Assembly: GCA_035703635.1 (NCBI GenBank) | Contig: DASSXV010000023.1 | Coordinates: forward strand, 34,298-98,297 | Source of the DNA: Trueperaceae bacterium | Lineage (GTDB): Bacteria > Deinococcota > Deinococci > Deinococcales > Trueperaceae | Reading direction: 5' to 3' | DNA length: 64,000 nucleotides | Shown: in pieces, positions 9,858-18,802 of the stretch | Numbering within the stretch: the stretch's first letter is position 1 | Layout: the number at the start of each line of letters is the position of its first letter | The notes under the pieces: generated by a model | Seen by the model: only the letters and a program-made list of their open reading frames with translations | Told to the model about the DNA's origin: nothing | Database searches by the model: none | Position numbers and translations under genes: made by a program

Positions 9858-10682
9858 TCAAGCACCCATCCGCGCCAAGTCGACTTCGGCTGCGATGGTG
9901 CCGAACGCAGCGCGGTGCCCGACGGCGAGGATGCGCTCGAACACGGCGCGAGCCTCATCGTGCCTGCCGTTGTAGTAGTACCAGTTGCCAACGCCGTAAC
10001 CCTGGGTGGCGAGGGTCTTCTTGTCGCCGTCCGTTGGTGAGAGCACGGTCTCCGGACTCGTCACGCCCTTGTACATCTCCATGCGGCGGTAGTAGGACGG
10101 CTCGTTGATGTGCATGGCGAGGTCCGTTGCGGCGAGCAGCTCGGCGGCTTCGTCGTGGCGTCCAGCGCGCCGCAAGCTCATGTAGAGCCAGTCGGTGGTG
10201 GCCACCGTCATGTCGTCGTCGACGCACAGCTCGAGGGTCTTGCGGTACTTGTCTGCGGCCTCGTCGTACTCGCCGCGCAGGTAATGAGCAAGACCGTAGT
10301 GGTACCAGGCGCTCGACTGCAGCGTGCCCTTGTAGACGTCGCGTAGGCGTTCGAGGTTCGCGGCGTTGATCGCGGTCGTCTCAGCGAGGAGCTCGCTTTC
10401 TTGGCCGAGCATCAGGCGCTCGACTTCTGGCATCAGTTCGGCCTGGTAGTACTCGATCTCGTCTGGTTGGCCGGCGAGCAGCGCTACTGAGGTCCGGAAG
10501 TCGTCGACGGCGCCAGCGAAGTCGCGGATGGACACCTTGAAGTGGCCCCGGTGGCGGTAAAGCAGGCCGGAGTCCGGGTGGCGGGCGATACCGTCACTTA
10601 GGACGCGAACGGCGTCTGGGTGGCGATCCTGGTACGAGTACACCTTGGCGACGAGCATGTAGCGCTGTGGTTCGGTGATCAT
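9858..10682 (-). CDS. TPR-repeat protein
   Basis: LYRHRGH, WYHYGLAHYLRGEY, DDDM.VA..DWLYM.LRR.G, ATQGYGVGNWY; ATGA overlap with GntR stop. Confidence 0.82.
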   Translation of the reverse strand: MITEPQRYMLVAKVYSYQDRHPDAVRVLSDGIARHPDSGLLYRHRGHFKVSIRDFAGAVDDFRTSVALLAGQPDEIEYYQAELMPEVERLMLGQESELLAETTAINAANLERLRDVYKGTLQSSAWYHYGLAHYLRGEYDEAADKYRKTLELCVDDDMTVATTDWLYMSLRRAGRHDEAAELLAATDLAMHINEPSYYRRMEMYKGVTSPETVLSPTDGDKKTLATQGYGVGNWYYYNGRHDEARAVFERILAVGHRAAFGTIAAEVDLARMGA

Positions 10683-11686
10683 GGGTTCTGGTCTCCTTGA
10701 GCAGGGGCGCCGAGGCGCGAGTGGTCGAGCATGGCGCTGAGCTGGTGTGCCGCTTCGTCGCTGAGGCTGAACTCCAGCTCCAGCCTCTTGTCGAGCGGCA
10801 CGGCGTGCTCGTCGAGTAGCGCGGTGACGCCGAACGTGTAGATGTGCGTGGACTCCGCCTCGCGCGCGAACTGCTCGTGACTTGATTGCTCGGTTAGCAC
10901 GGGGAGTTCGCGCACCGCAAGCGGGCTGTACTGCGCGAGAAGGGTGAGGGCGCTGCCCACGTTGCGGGCTTCCGTGACGAGGACGTGCCGCGCTCGCGGG
11001 GCAAGCGCCTTGAGCTTCCGCTTGGCGGCCTCGGTCAGTTGCGCTGTCAGGCCGATGATGTCGCTGCGAATGGCGTGGCGCCTTAGGGCAGCATCGACGC
11101 GGGGCACCATGCCGCCGAACGTGATCGTGAAGTAGGCGGCGCGGTATGCATCGAGCGTGGCGGGGTCGCCTGCCTCGAGGAGGTCGATCGCCGTGGCGTG
11201 GACCGCTGGCACGACGCTGCTCGGCAACTGCTGCTTGACGAGACCGAGGTACTTCTCGGACGCCGCCATGGTCGGCATGACCAATACGAGCGGCACATGC
11301 CGAAGCTGCCTTTGCAAGTTGGTCGAGAGTTGTTGCCTGATGGTGGTGGCGTCGAAACCGAGCGCGTACGCGCGGGTGATGAGCCCCTCGAGCGCCTCGG
11401 TGAGGAGCGCCTGGCGCAGATCGGTGCGCGTCGACTCGGTCGCCAGTCGCGCCACGAACGTGCCCTTGCCGCGCTGTCCTTCCACTAGACCGTCGTGTTG
11501 CAGCGTGCGATATGCGAGCGCGACCGTGCCTGAGTTGATGCCCAACTGGGCGGCAAGGTCACGCACGGGCGGCAACTGAGCTCCCGCTACCAGTTCGCGG
11601 CCGGTGATCAAGTAACGGATCTGATGCACCAGTTGGAGGTAGATCGGAATGTGCTCGTCGTCGGTTAGTAGGAGCGGCAATGGCAT
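10679..11686 (-). CDS. GntR-family regulator (YtrA-like wHTH) with long C-terminal domain
   Basis: PIYLQLVHQIRYLI..GAQLPPVRDLAAQLGINSGTVALAY..L..DGLV...RGKGTFV. Confidence 0.9.
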   Translation of the reverse strand: MPLPLLLTDDEHIPIYLQLVHQIRYLITGRELVAGAQLPPVRDLAAQLGINSGTVALAYRTLQHDGLVEGQRGKGTFVARLATESTRTDLRQALLTEALEGLITRAYALGFDATTIRQQLSTNLQRQLRHVPLVLVMPTMAASEKYLGLVKQQLPSSVVPAVHATAIDLLEAGDPATLDAYRAAYFTITFGGMVPRVDAALRRHAIRSDIIGLTAQLTEAAKRKLKALAPRARHVLVTEARNVGSALTLLAQYSPLAVRELPVLTEQSSHEQFAREAESTHIYTFGVTALLDEHAVPLDKRLELEFSLSDEAAHQLSAMLDHSRLGAPAQGDQNP

Positions 11687-11725
11687 GTTCTAGCCCTAAT
11701 GCGGGTCGTGGGCCCGCTGCGAGGG

Positions 11726-11935
11726 TCAGTGTGGAAGCTTGATGCCCTGTTCGGCGGCGCGCTGCGTGAACGTCTTGCCGCCCTTGCCCCATACGTCCAT
11801 CTCGAGTTCGTAGAGGATGACTTGCGTGCCTTCCGATTGGGCGCCGTTGGCGACCATGACTTCCGTGATGCCCTTGATTATCGCGTCGCGCTGCTCTTGC
11901 GAGCGGCGGCCGAGTTCTACTCTGACGATGGCCAT
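11726..11935 (-). CDS. 4-oxalocrotonate tautomerase-family protein lacking Pro1
   Basis: 69 aa; beta-alpha-beta pattern IVRVELGRRSQEQR..II..IT.....TQVILYE....WGKGG; SD AGGAG; starts ATG GCC. Confidence 0.8.
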   Translation of the reverse strand: MAIVRVELGRRSQEQRDAIIKGITEVMVANGAQSEGTQVILYELEMDVWGKGGKTFTQRAAEQGIKLPH

Positions 11936-12044
11936 TGGGTTCTCCTACTATGTGCACCCGTGAGGGTGACGTGGGGTGGCTCTATCTGGGTGTGCGCGGT
12001 CTGGTTTGTCGGAGGCGGCACCCACCGCGACCGTTTGTATCGAT

Positions 12045-12054
12045 GTACTGGTAC
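12045..12054. promoter_or_regulatory. Candidate GntR operator 1 (GTACTGGTAC)
   Basis: GTAC-N2-GTAC palindrome, identical copy at 12251-12260. Confidence 0.45.
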
Positions 12055-12213
12055 GCAGACGATACTCGTGAGCGTGGTCGCCGTCAACCCAGCTGGCGTT
12101 CGAGGAGTCATGCAAGAGGGACTGCGTCGGATCCAGAACCGAGAAAGCCCGTCCACCACGCTACGAGAATGTTCGTCGTCGACTACGTTCCGCCAACGTG
12201 AGACGGACGTGAA

Positions 12214-12260
12214 TTGACAACCAGCTACCGTTGGCCGCATGATGCTCGGCGTACTGGTAC
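12214..12260 (+). promoter_or_regulatory. Sigma70-type promoter (TTGACA-N18-CATGAT) followed by candidate GntR operator 2
   Basis: Perfect TTGACA at 12214-12219, CATGAT at 12238-12243, GTACTGGTAC at 12251-12260. Confidence 0.55.
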
Positions 12261-12361
12261 ACCCACATGCAATACGGCTTCAGGGGCGGGTGCTTCAGAC
12301 ACCTAGCCACCAGCACGGCTAACCCCGCACCCACGGGGCGAGAACACCGAAAGGACTAGGC

Positions 12362-13939
12362 ATGCGTAGAGCTTTGACTCGATTCGTCACCCTGTTGCTC
12401 GTCGTCGCCCTCGTTGGCGCCGCCAGCGCTCAGGAGCAGGCCACGAAACGCGGTGGCGTCGTCCAGATCCCGCTGGCTACTCAACCTGCGACCTTCAACC
12501 CGATCCTGCCATCCGAGCTGGCCGCCGCCATCATCAACTGGACGATGTTCTCGCCCCTAACGGCCGTCAACCCGTGGACGAACACCCTCGAGCCGTACCT
12601 CGCAGAGGCCTTCGAAGCCAACGATGACCTCACCGTCTGGACCTTCCACCTCCGGTCGGGCGTGAAGTGGCACGACGGCGCCCCCTTCACCGCCGAGGAC
12701 GTCAAGTTCACCTTCGACCGCGCGCGAGACCCAGACGAGGGCGCAACGAACGCTGCCGACTTCGCCAAGGTCGTGGCCGTCGATGTCATCGACCCGCTCA
12801 CCGTCAACGTGACTCTCGCCGCACCTGACGCCTTCTTCGCAGCGCGCCTGGCGCTCGGCGGGAACGAGATCATCCCGCAGCACATCCTCGGCGGTTACGA
12901 CCTCCTCGCCGACGCAGTCGACTTCAACAGCAAGACCCCCATCGGCACCGGCCCGTTCAAGATGGTCCGCGCTGTCCCCGGCTCCTTCTTCGAACTCACC
13001 CGCAACGAGGACTTCTTCCTCGGCGAACCGAACCTCGATGGCCTCGTCTTCCGCGTCGTGCCTGACGGCAACACCCGCGTCACGCAGCTGCTTACCGGCC
13101 AACTCGACTGGGTCGATATCGAGCCGCCGCAACTCCCAGCCGTAAGCAAGGTCAAGCACGTCCAGATCACGACCTTCGATAGCCTTGGCTACCAGATCTT
13201 CGCCTGGAACTTCAAGAACCCCCTCTTCCAGGACACCCGCGTGCTCGAGGCCATGATGTACGCCGTCGACCGCCGCAGCATGATCGCCACCGTCTCTCCT
13301 GGCCTCGGCTACGTCGACGACGTCTACATCCCGCACAGCATCGACTGGGTACCGCGGCCAGACGTTCAGTTCCGCGAGTACGATCCCGAGCATGCGCTAG
13401 CGCTCATGACGGAAGCCGGTTGGACGAAGAACGCGCAGGGCATCCTCGAGAAGGACGGCGTCGAGTTCGCCTTCTCCATCCTCGTTGACCGCGGCGACGT
13501 GCAACGCGAGCAGATGGGCCTGATCCTGCAGCAGTACTTCCAGGACCTCGGCATGCGCGTCGAGTACGTGCTAGCAGAACGCGGGGGCCGCTGGCTCGAA
13601 GAGACAACGGCGCGCACCTTCGACACGCGCCTCGCCGCCTTCCCCATGCCGAACATCGACTGGGCGCAGCGCCTCTACACGACCAATGGCCCGTACAACG
13701 CCCAGTCGTACTCCAACGCGGAAGTCGACGCCCTGTTCACCCAGGTCCTCGGCACCATCGACCAGTCCAAGCAGGCCGCGCTCCTCGAGCAGATCGGCGA
13801 GCAGCTCTATAACGACCCGCCCAACATGATCCTGCTCTTCCGCGAGCGCATGACCGCCTCCAACGCCAACATCGGCAACATCCCGCCGAACAACATCAAG
13901 GACGCAATGCCGTACTCCTACCTCCTGTTCCGCCGCTGA
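12362..13939 (+). CDS. Family-5 ABC substrate-binding protein
   Basis: Signal peptide; PYLAE, FHLRSGVKWHDGAPFTAEDVKFTF, PIGTGPF. Confidence 0.95.
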   Translation: MRRALTRFVTLLLVVALVGAASAQEQATKRGGVVQIPLATQPATFNPILPSELAAAIINWTMFSPLTAVNPWTNTLEPYLAEAFEANDDLTVWTFHLRSGVKWHDGAPFTAEDVKFTFDRARDPDEGATNAADFAKVVAVDVIDPLTVNVTLAAPDAFFAARLALGGNEIIPQHILGGYDLLADAVDFNSKTPIGTGPFKMVRAVPGSFFELTRNEDFFLGEPNLDGLVFRVVPDGNTRVTQLLTGQLDWVDIEPPQLPAVSKVKHVQITTFDSLGYQIFAWNFKNPLFQDTRVLEAMMYAVDRRSMIATVSPGLGYVDDVYIPHSIDWVPRPDVQFREYDPEHALALMTEAGWTKNAQGILEKDGVEFAFSILVDRGDVQREQMGLILQQYFQDLGMRVEYVLAERGGRWLEETTARTFDTRLAAFPMPNIDWAQRLYTTNGPYNAQSYSNAEVDALFTQVLGTIDQSKQAALLEQIGEQLYNDPPNMILLFRERMTASNANIGNIPPNNIKDAMPYSYLLFRR

Positions 13940-13951
13940 GGTAGCGACGCT

Positions 13952-13985
13952 CGGGTTGGCCCGGCCACTGGCTTGGGCCAACCCG
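13952..13985 (+). terminator. Strong intercistronic stem-loop after SBP gene (mRNA stabiliser or attenuator)
   Basis: CGGGTTGGCCC...GGGCCAACCCG 11-bp inverted repeat, no U tract. Confidence 0.55.
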
Positions 13986-14049
13986 CCCCCAACGGCTCGC
14001 CGGCTCCCACGGGAGCGCTGCTCACGCGATAGGCAGGACCCGAGAAGGC

Positions 14050-14997
14050 ATGGTCGAATATCTAGCGAAACAACTCGTGGCCAGCGTGCTCGTCCTCTTT
14101 CTCGTCATGACGGCCACGTTCTTTCTAGTGAAGTTGGCGCCCGGCCAGCTGAGTATCTTGGCTGACCCGACCATGGACCCGGGGGTCGTGGCGAGCGTGG
14201 AACGGCGCTTCGGCCTCGACCGCCCACCCGCCGAACAGTACGTGCGCTGGATCGGGCGCATGAGTCAAGGCGACCTTGGCACCAGCCTCGTGTACGGCCG
14301 CCCTGTCCTGCAGATGATCACGGAGCGACTGCCAGCGACCCTGCTCCTTGGCCTCGCTGCGCTCGTCATCACGGTTCTCATCGGAATCCCGGCCGGCATC
14401 ATCGCGGCGCGCTGGCCGAACTCGCCCGTCGATCAGGTCCTCAGCTTCATCGGCATCGTTGGCCTCGCAACGCCCAACTTCTGGTTAGGCATCCTGTTGA
14501 TCATCTTCTTCTCGGTGACGCTCGGTTGGCTGCCCGGCTCTGGCATGCAGACCATCGGGCAGCCGTTCTCGCTCCTCGACAGGGCGAGCTACCTGATACT
14601 GCCCGCCGTCGTCCTCGCCACCTCGACCACCGCGGAGATAATGCGCTACACGCGCTCGAGTTGGCTCGAGGTCATGAACCTCGACTTCGTGAGGACGGCG
14701 CGCAGCAAAGGCCTAGCCGAGCCCCGCGTGCACCTCAAGCACGTGTTCAAGAACGCCTTCATCCCGGTGCTCACGATCCTCGGGCTCATGCTGCCGCGCC
14801 TAGTGGGCGGCTCCGCGATCGTCGAGTCGCTCTTCAGTTGGCCGGGCATCGGCTCGATGGCCGTCAACTCCGCCGTGAGCCGCGACGCCACCGTGATATT
14901 GGGAACGACGCTGTTCGTGTCGGCCGGTGTGATCGTGAGTAACCTCGTCATCGACGTGCTCTACGGCATCGTCGACCCCCGGATCAGGTACGACTGA
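14050..14997 (+). CDS. Peptide ABC permease, DppB-type
   Basis: FGLDRP..QY, GDLGTS, FVRTARSKGL, ESLFSWPGIG, DPRIRY. Confidence 0.95.
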   Translation: MVEYLAKQLVASVLVLFLVMTATFFLVKLAPGQLSILADPTMDPGVVASVERRFGLDRPPAEQYVRWIGRMSQGDLGTSLVYGRPVLQMITERLPATLLLGLAALVITVLIGIPAGIIAARWPNSPVDQVLSFIGIVGLATPNFWLGILLIIFFSVTLGWLPGSGMQTIGQPFSLLDRASYLILPAVVLATSTTAEIMRYTRSSWLEVMNLDFVRTARSKGLAEPRVHLKHVFKNAFIPVLTILGLMLPRLVGGSAIVESLFSWPGIGSMAVNSAVSRDATVILGTTLFVSAGVIVSNLVIDVLYGIVDPRIRYD

Positions 14998-15872
14998 TGA
15001 CCACTGCCGTCACCCGCAAGCGCCGCACCGTTTGGCAGGTCTTCTTCGCAAGCCTCGGGCGCAACAAGCTCGCCCTCTTCGGAGGGATCTGGTTGGTGCT
15101 CCTCTGTGGGGTGCTCGTCTTCGAGCCGATCCTGCCCCTGCCGTCCCCTACTCGCATCGACATCTCCAACACTTTCGCCGGTCCGAGCGCGGCCCACCTG
15201 CTCGGGACGGACGAGAACGGGCGCGACGTCCTCGCGCGCCTCATCGACGGCGGCCGCGTGTCCATCCTGGTTGGGCTCGTTGCCGCGCTCCTCACCATGC
15301 TGATCGGCGGCACCCTAGGGGTGGTAGCTGGTTACGCGGGCGGCTCTGTCGACCGCGTCATCATGCGCGTCACGGACGGCGTTCTCTCCATCCCGGTCTT
15401 CTTCTTGCTCCTCGCCGTCGTTGCGCTGTTCGGGTCGAGCATCACCGTGCTCGTGCTCGCCTTGTCGTTCACGCGCTGGATGGGCCCAGCGCGTCTGATC
15501 AGGGGTGAGATCCTCCGCGTCAAGGAGCTCGAGTACGCTACCGCCGTCAAGGGGTTGGGGGCCGGGCACTTGCGCATCATGTTCCGTCACCTGCTGCCCC
15601 AGGCCATGCCGTCTCTCATCGTTGCAACCTCCATCGGCGTCGGCAACGTCATGCTCGTCGAGGCGGGGTTGAGCTTCCTCGGCCTCGGTATCCTGCCGCC
15701 CACCGCATCGTGGGGCAACATGCTCACCGCCAGTCAGTTCTACATGTGGTCGGCGCCGCAACTCGCCGTTTACCCGGGGCTGATGATCCTGCTCACCGTT
15801 CTCGCCTTCAACGCAGTAGGCGACGTCATTCGCGACACCCTGGACCCTCGGCGCCGCGCCGGAGGGGATTAA
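14997..15872 (+). CDS. Peptide ABC permease, DppC-type
   Basis: HLLGTDENGRD, RHLLP, LSFLGLG, FNAVGDVIRDTLDPR. Confidence 0.95.
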   Translation: MTTAVTRKRRTVWQVFFASLGRNKLALFGGIWLVLLCGVLVFEPILPLPSPTRIDISNTFAGPSAAHLLGTDENGRDVLARLIDGGRVSILVGLVAALLTMLIGGTLGVVAGYAGGSVDRVIMRVTDGVLSIPVFFLLLAVVALFGSSITVLVLALSFTRWMGPARLIRGEILRVKELEYATAVKGLGAGHLRIMFRHLLPQAMPSLIVATSIGVGNVMLVEAGLSFLGLGILPPTASWGNMLTASQFYMWSAPQLAVYPGLMILLTVLAFNAVGDVIRDTLDPRRRAGGD

Positions 15873-15880
15873 GGAGACCA

Positions 15881-16858
15881 GTGCCCCACACCAACCAGCC
15901 TCCCTTCGAGGTGCTCATCAGCCACTTGTACGAGAAGCGGCACGTCGAGCGCCTCATCGCCGACTTCCCGGACGTGAACTTCACGCAGTTGCCAGCCGCC
16001 GCGCCGTGGCCGGAGGTCGTCGGCCGGGCTAACGCGATGCTCTTCGCTGGGCTCAAGAAGCCAGAACTAAGCGCCCTCTTGCGCAGTGCCCCGCAACTAA
16101 AGTGGCTGCACACCGGCTCGGCCGGCTTCGATTGGGTGATGGTCCCAGAAGTCGAGGAGCAGGGCATCGTCGTCACGCGCTCGCTCGACGTCATGAGCAT
16201 CCCGATGGCCGAGTTCGTCCTCGCCGCCATGCTGCAGCACGCCAAGAACCTACCCGCGTTGGCCGCCGCCCAGGCGCGCCGCGAGTGGACGCTGCCCCTC
16301 CACCAGGAACTGCGCGGCAAGGAGGTCCTGGTGGTCGGCGCTGGCAGCATCGGCACGCGCGTTGCCGGTCTCTGCCGGGCGTTCGGCATGCGCGTAGTCG
16401 GCGTCAACCGCAGCGGTGGCACCAACATGGCCTTCGACGAGCTGCACACGGCCAACGCGCTCGACGACCTCCTGCCGACCGCCGATTACGTGGTGCTGAC
16501 GGCGCCGGGCACGAGTGAGACGCACGGCCTGCTCGACGAGCGGCGCTTCGGCCTCATGAAGCGGGGAGCGTACCTCGTCAACGTGGCGCGCGGAGCGCTG
16601 GTCGTGGAAGCGGCCCTGCTCGCCGCGCTCGCGTCAGGGCACTTGGCTGGCGCCTGCCTAGACGCCTACGCCGTCGAGCCCCTCCCGGCAGACAGCCCAC
16701 TGTGGAGCGCAGAGAACTTGTTCATCAGCCCCCACACCTCGTACCGCACGCCAGAGATCAGGGGCCGCGTGTTCGACGAGTTCGCAGCCAACCTACGCTC
16801 CCGCCTCGCGGGCGAGCCGTTGGCCGGCCTCATGCGCAACCCGGCCTTGGGTTACTGA
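15881..16858 (+). CDS. D-2-hydroxyacid dehydrogenase
   Basis: GTG after AAGGAG; SAGFD, GAGSIG, NVARG, D....EPLP, SPH catalytic Arg/Glu/His. Confidence 0.92.
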   Translation: MPHTNQPPFEVLISHLYEKRHVERLIADFPDVNFTQLPAAAPWPEVVGRANAMLFAGLKKPELSALLRSAPQLKWLHTGSAGFDWVMVPEVEEQGIVVTRSLDVMSIPMAEFVLAAMLQHAKNLPALAAAQARREWTLPLHQELRGKEVLVVGAGSIGTRVAGLCRAFGMRVVGVNRSGGTNMAFDELHTANALDDLLPTADYVVLTAPGTSETHGLLDERRFGLMKRGAYLVNVARGALVVEAALLAALASGHLAGACLDAYAVEPLPADSPLWSAENLFISPHTSYRTPEIRGRVFDEFAANLRSRLAGEPLAGLMRNPALGY

Positions 16859-16861
16859 GCG

Positions 16862-17749
16862 TTACTTGCTCTGCGAGAGGGCGAAGCCGCGCATGAACTG
16901 CTCCTGCAGGAGCATGAACACCAGCAGCGGCGGCAGGATGGTCAGGAGGGCCCCCGCCATCACGTAACCCCACTGGACCCCCTCGCCAGTGCCAATGATC
17001 AGGTTCAGTCCGACCTGCACGACCTGCAGCTCCTCGCGGCGGATGATGACCCTCGGCCACAGGTACTGGTCCCACACGTACACGAACTGGATGACCGCCA
17101 ACGCCCCGATGGTGTTGGCGCTCATCGGCACGAGTATCCGCGTCAGGAAGCGCAGCGGCCCGGCGCCGTCCATCCTGGCCGCGTCCGCGAGTTCCCTCGG
17201 AATCGACATGAAGTGCTGACGGAACAGGAAGATGCCTGTGGCCGACGCAAGGAACGGGATGGTGAGGGCGAGGAAGCTGTTCGACCAACCGAACCCGTGA
17301 GGTAGCGGTTTGAGGAGGACCGTTGCCGGGTTCTGGAACCACGCCCAGAAGGCAGCCCACGATGCGGGCGGCCGTTGCGCGATGAGGTCGAAGAGCGGCA
17401 CGATCAGCACTTCGGTAGGCAGCATGAGGGTAAGCAAAATGAGGATGAAAACTACGGATTTACCGCGGAAATCGAAGTAGACGAGGGCTAGGCCCGCCAG
17501 CAGCGCCGTGACCGTCTTGCCTAGGGTGACGACGAAGGCGATGAACAGCGAGTTGCGGATGAACATGCCCAACTGCGCCTTCACCCACACGGCCTCGACG
17601 TTCGTGAGCAACTCTCGCCCTGGCAGCAGGCTGGGGGTGAGGACGGCCGCGTTCGACTGCGTAGCCTTGATCGCGGCGAACAACACGGGCGCCATGACGA
17701 ACAGGCAGGCCAAAGCGAGGAGCAGGTGAGTCAGCCAGCGCTTCGGCAC
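16862..17749 (-). CDS. Carbohydrate ABC permease, UgpE-like
   Basis: LTLMLPTEV, FLFRQHF, ELADAARMDGAG, WDQYLWP. Confidence 0.92.
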   Translation of the reverse strand: MPKRWLTHLLLALACLFVMAPVLFAAIKATQSNAAVLTPSLLPGRELLTNVEAVWVKAQLGMFIRNSLFIAFVVTLGKTVTALLAGLALVYFDFRGKSVVFILILLTLMLPTEVLIVPLFDLIAQRPPASWAAFWAWFQNPATVLLKPLPHGFGWSNSFLALTIPFLASATGIFLFRQHFMSIPRELADAARMDGAGPLRFLTRILVPMSANTIGALAVIQFVYVWDQYLWPRVIIRREELQVVQVGLNLIIGTGEGVQWGYVMAGALLTILPPLLVFMLLQEQFMRGFALSQSK

Positions 17750-18679
17750 TCAAGCACCCCCGTAGTACACGCGCCTGCTGCCGAAACGGAACTGCATTAC
17801 CGTCACCAACGCCACCAATGCCAGCAAGACCACGCTTTCTGCCGCTGCGAAGCCTAGGTTGGCCGCGCCGCCGAAGCCGTCCTGATAGATCTTGTAGATG
17901 AGCGTGCTCGTCACGCCGGCCTGGTCGAAAGGCGGCGAACCGACAGGGCCGCCGGCCGTGAGGATGTCGATGAGGCCGAAGGTGTCGAAGAAGGCGTAAA
18001 CCAAGTTGGTGAAGACGAGGAAGAACGTCATGGGCGAGAGGAGAGGCAGGGTGACGGCGAAGAAGCGCTGAACGGCCGTCGCGCCGTCGATCTGCGCGGC
18101 CTCGCCGAGTTCGGCTGGCACGTTCTGCAGGGCCGCAAGGTAGAAGACGATGTTGTAACCGAGGTTCTTCCAGATAGCCGCCATGCTGACTACCGCGAAC
18201 GCTAGTTGCGGCGTGTCGAGCCAGCGCGGCTTGATGCCGAACGAGGCGTTGAGCAGTTGGTTGATGACCCCAACTTCAGGGTTGAACATGAACAGGAAGA
18301 TAGTGCCGGCCACCGCAGGGGAGAGCGCGAACGGCCAGATGAGCAAGAGGCGATAGATGCGCGAACCGCGTACGGGCTGGTTTGCGAGAACGGCTAGTGC
18401 CAAGCTGACGCTGAGGCCGACGAGCACCACCACGCCGCTGAAGAGGACCGTCTGCAGCAGGACCTGGCGAAAGCCGGGCGCCAGCACGCCCGTGAAGATG
18501 TTGCGGAAGTTCTCGATGCCGATGTACTTCTGTGTGCCGAGGAACAAGTTGCTGCGGTAAAGGCTCAGTACGAACGACTGGATCACGGGGAAGTAGAGGA
18601 AGAGTAAGAGGATGAGGATGGTCGGCAGTAGCAGCAGCCACGGCAGCGAGCGGCTTCTGAAGACTGGGCTACCTCTCAT
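17750..18679 (-). CDS. Carbohydrate ABC permease, UgpA-like
   Basis: LIWPFALSPAVAG, WKNLGYNIVFYLAALQ, EAAQIDGA, PLLSPMTFFL. Confidence 0.92.
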   Translation of the reverse strand: MRGSPVFRSRSLPWLLLLPTILILLLFLYFPVIQSFVLSLYRSNLFLGTQKYIGIENFRNIFTGVLAPGFRQVLLQTVLFSGVVVLVGLSVSLALAVLANQPVRGSRIYRLLLIWPFALSPAVAGTIFLFMFNPEVGVINQLLNASFGIKPRWLDTPQLAFAVVSMAAIWKNLGYNIVFYLAALQNVPAELGEAAQIDGATAVQRFFAVTLPLLSPMTFFLVFTNLVYAFFDTFGLIDILTAGGPVGSPPFDQAGVTSTLIYKIYQDGFGGAANLGFAAAESVVLLALVALVTVMQFRFGSRRVYYGGA

Positions 18680-18742
18680 GCGCTCCCCTTAGCGACTCAC
18701 TAGCGCCGCGGCTAGGTGGTTCTCGTCGCCGCGGCTAGCGGC

Positions 18743-18775
18743 TGGGGTCGCCGCGTGTTGCGTGCGGCGACCCCA
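18743..18775 (-). terminator. Intercistronic stem-loop after SBP gene
   Basis: TGGGGTCGCCGC...GCGGCGACCCCA 12-bp inverted repeat. Confidence 0.55.
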
Positions 18776-18802
18776 ATGAATCAGACGGTGATGACGTGCG
18801 GT

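Noticed and set aside
11699-12240. ORFs spanning the divergent promoter region
   Set aside because: They overlap the tautomerase gene and promoter/operator elements; no SD or domain.
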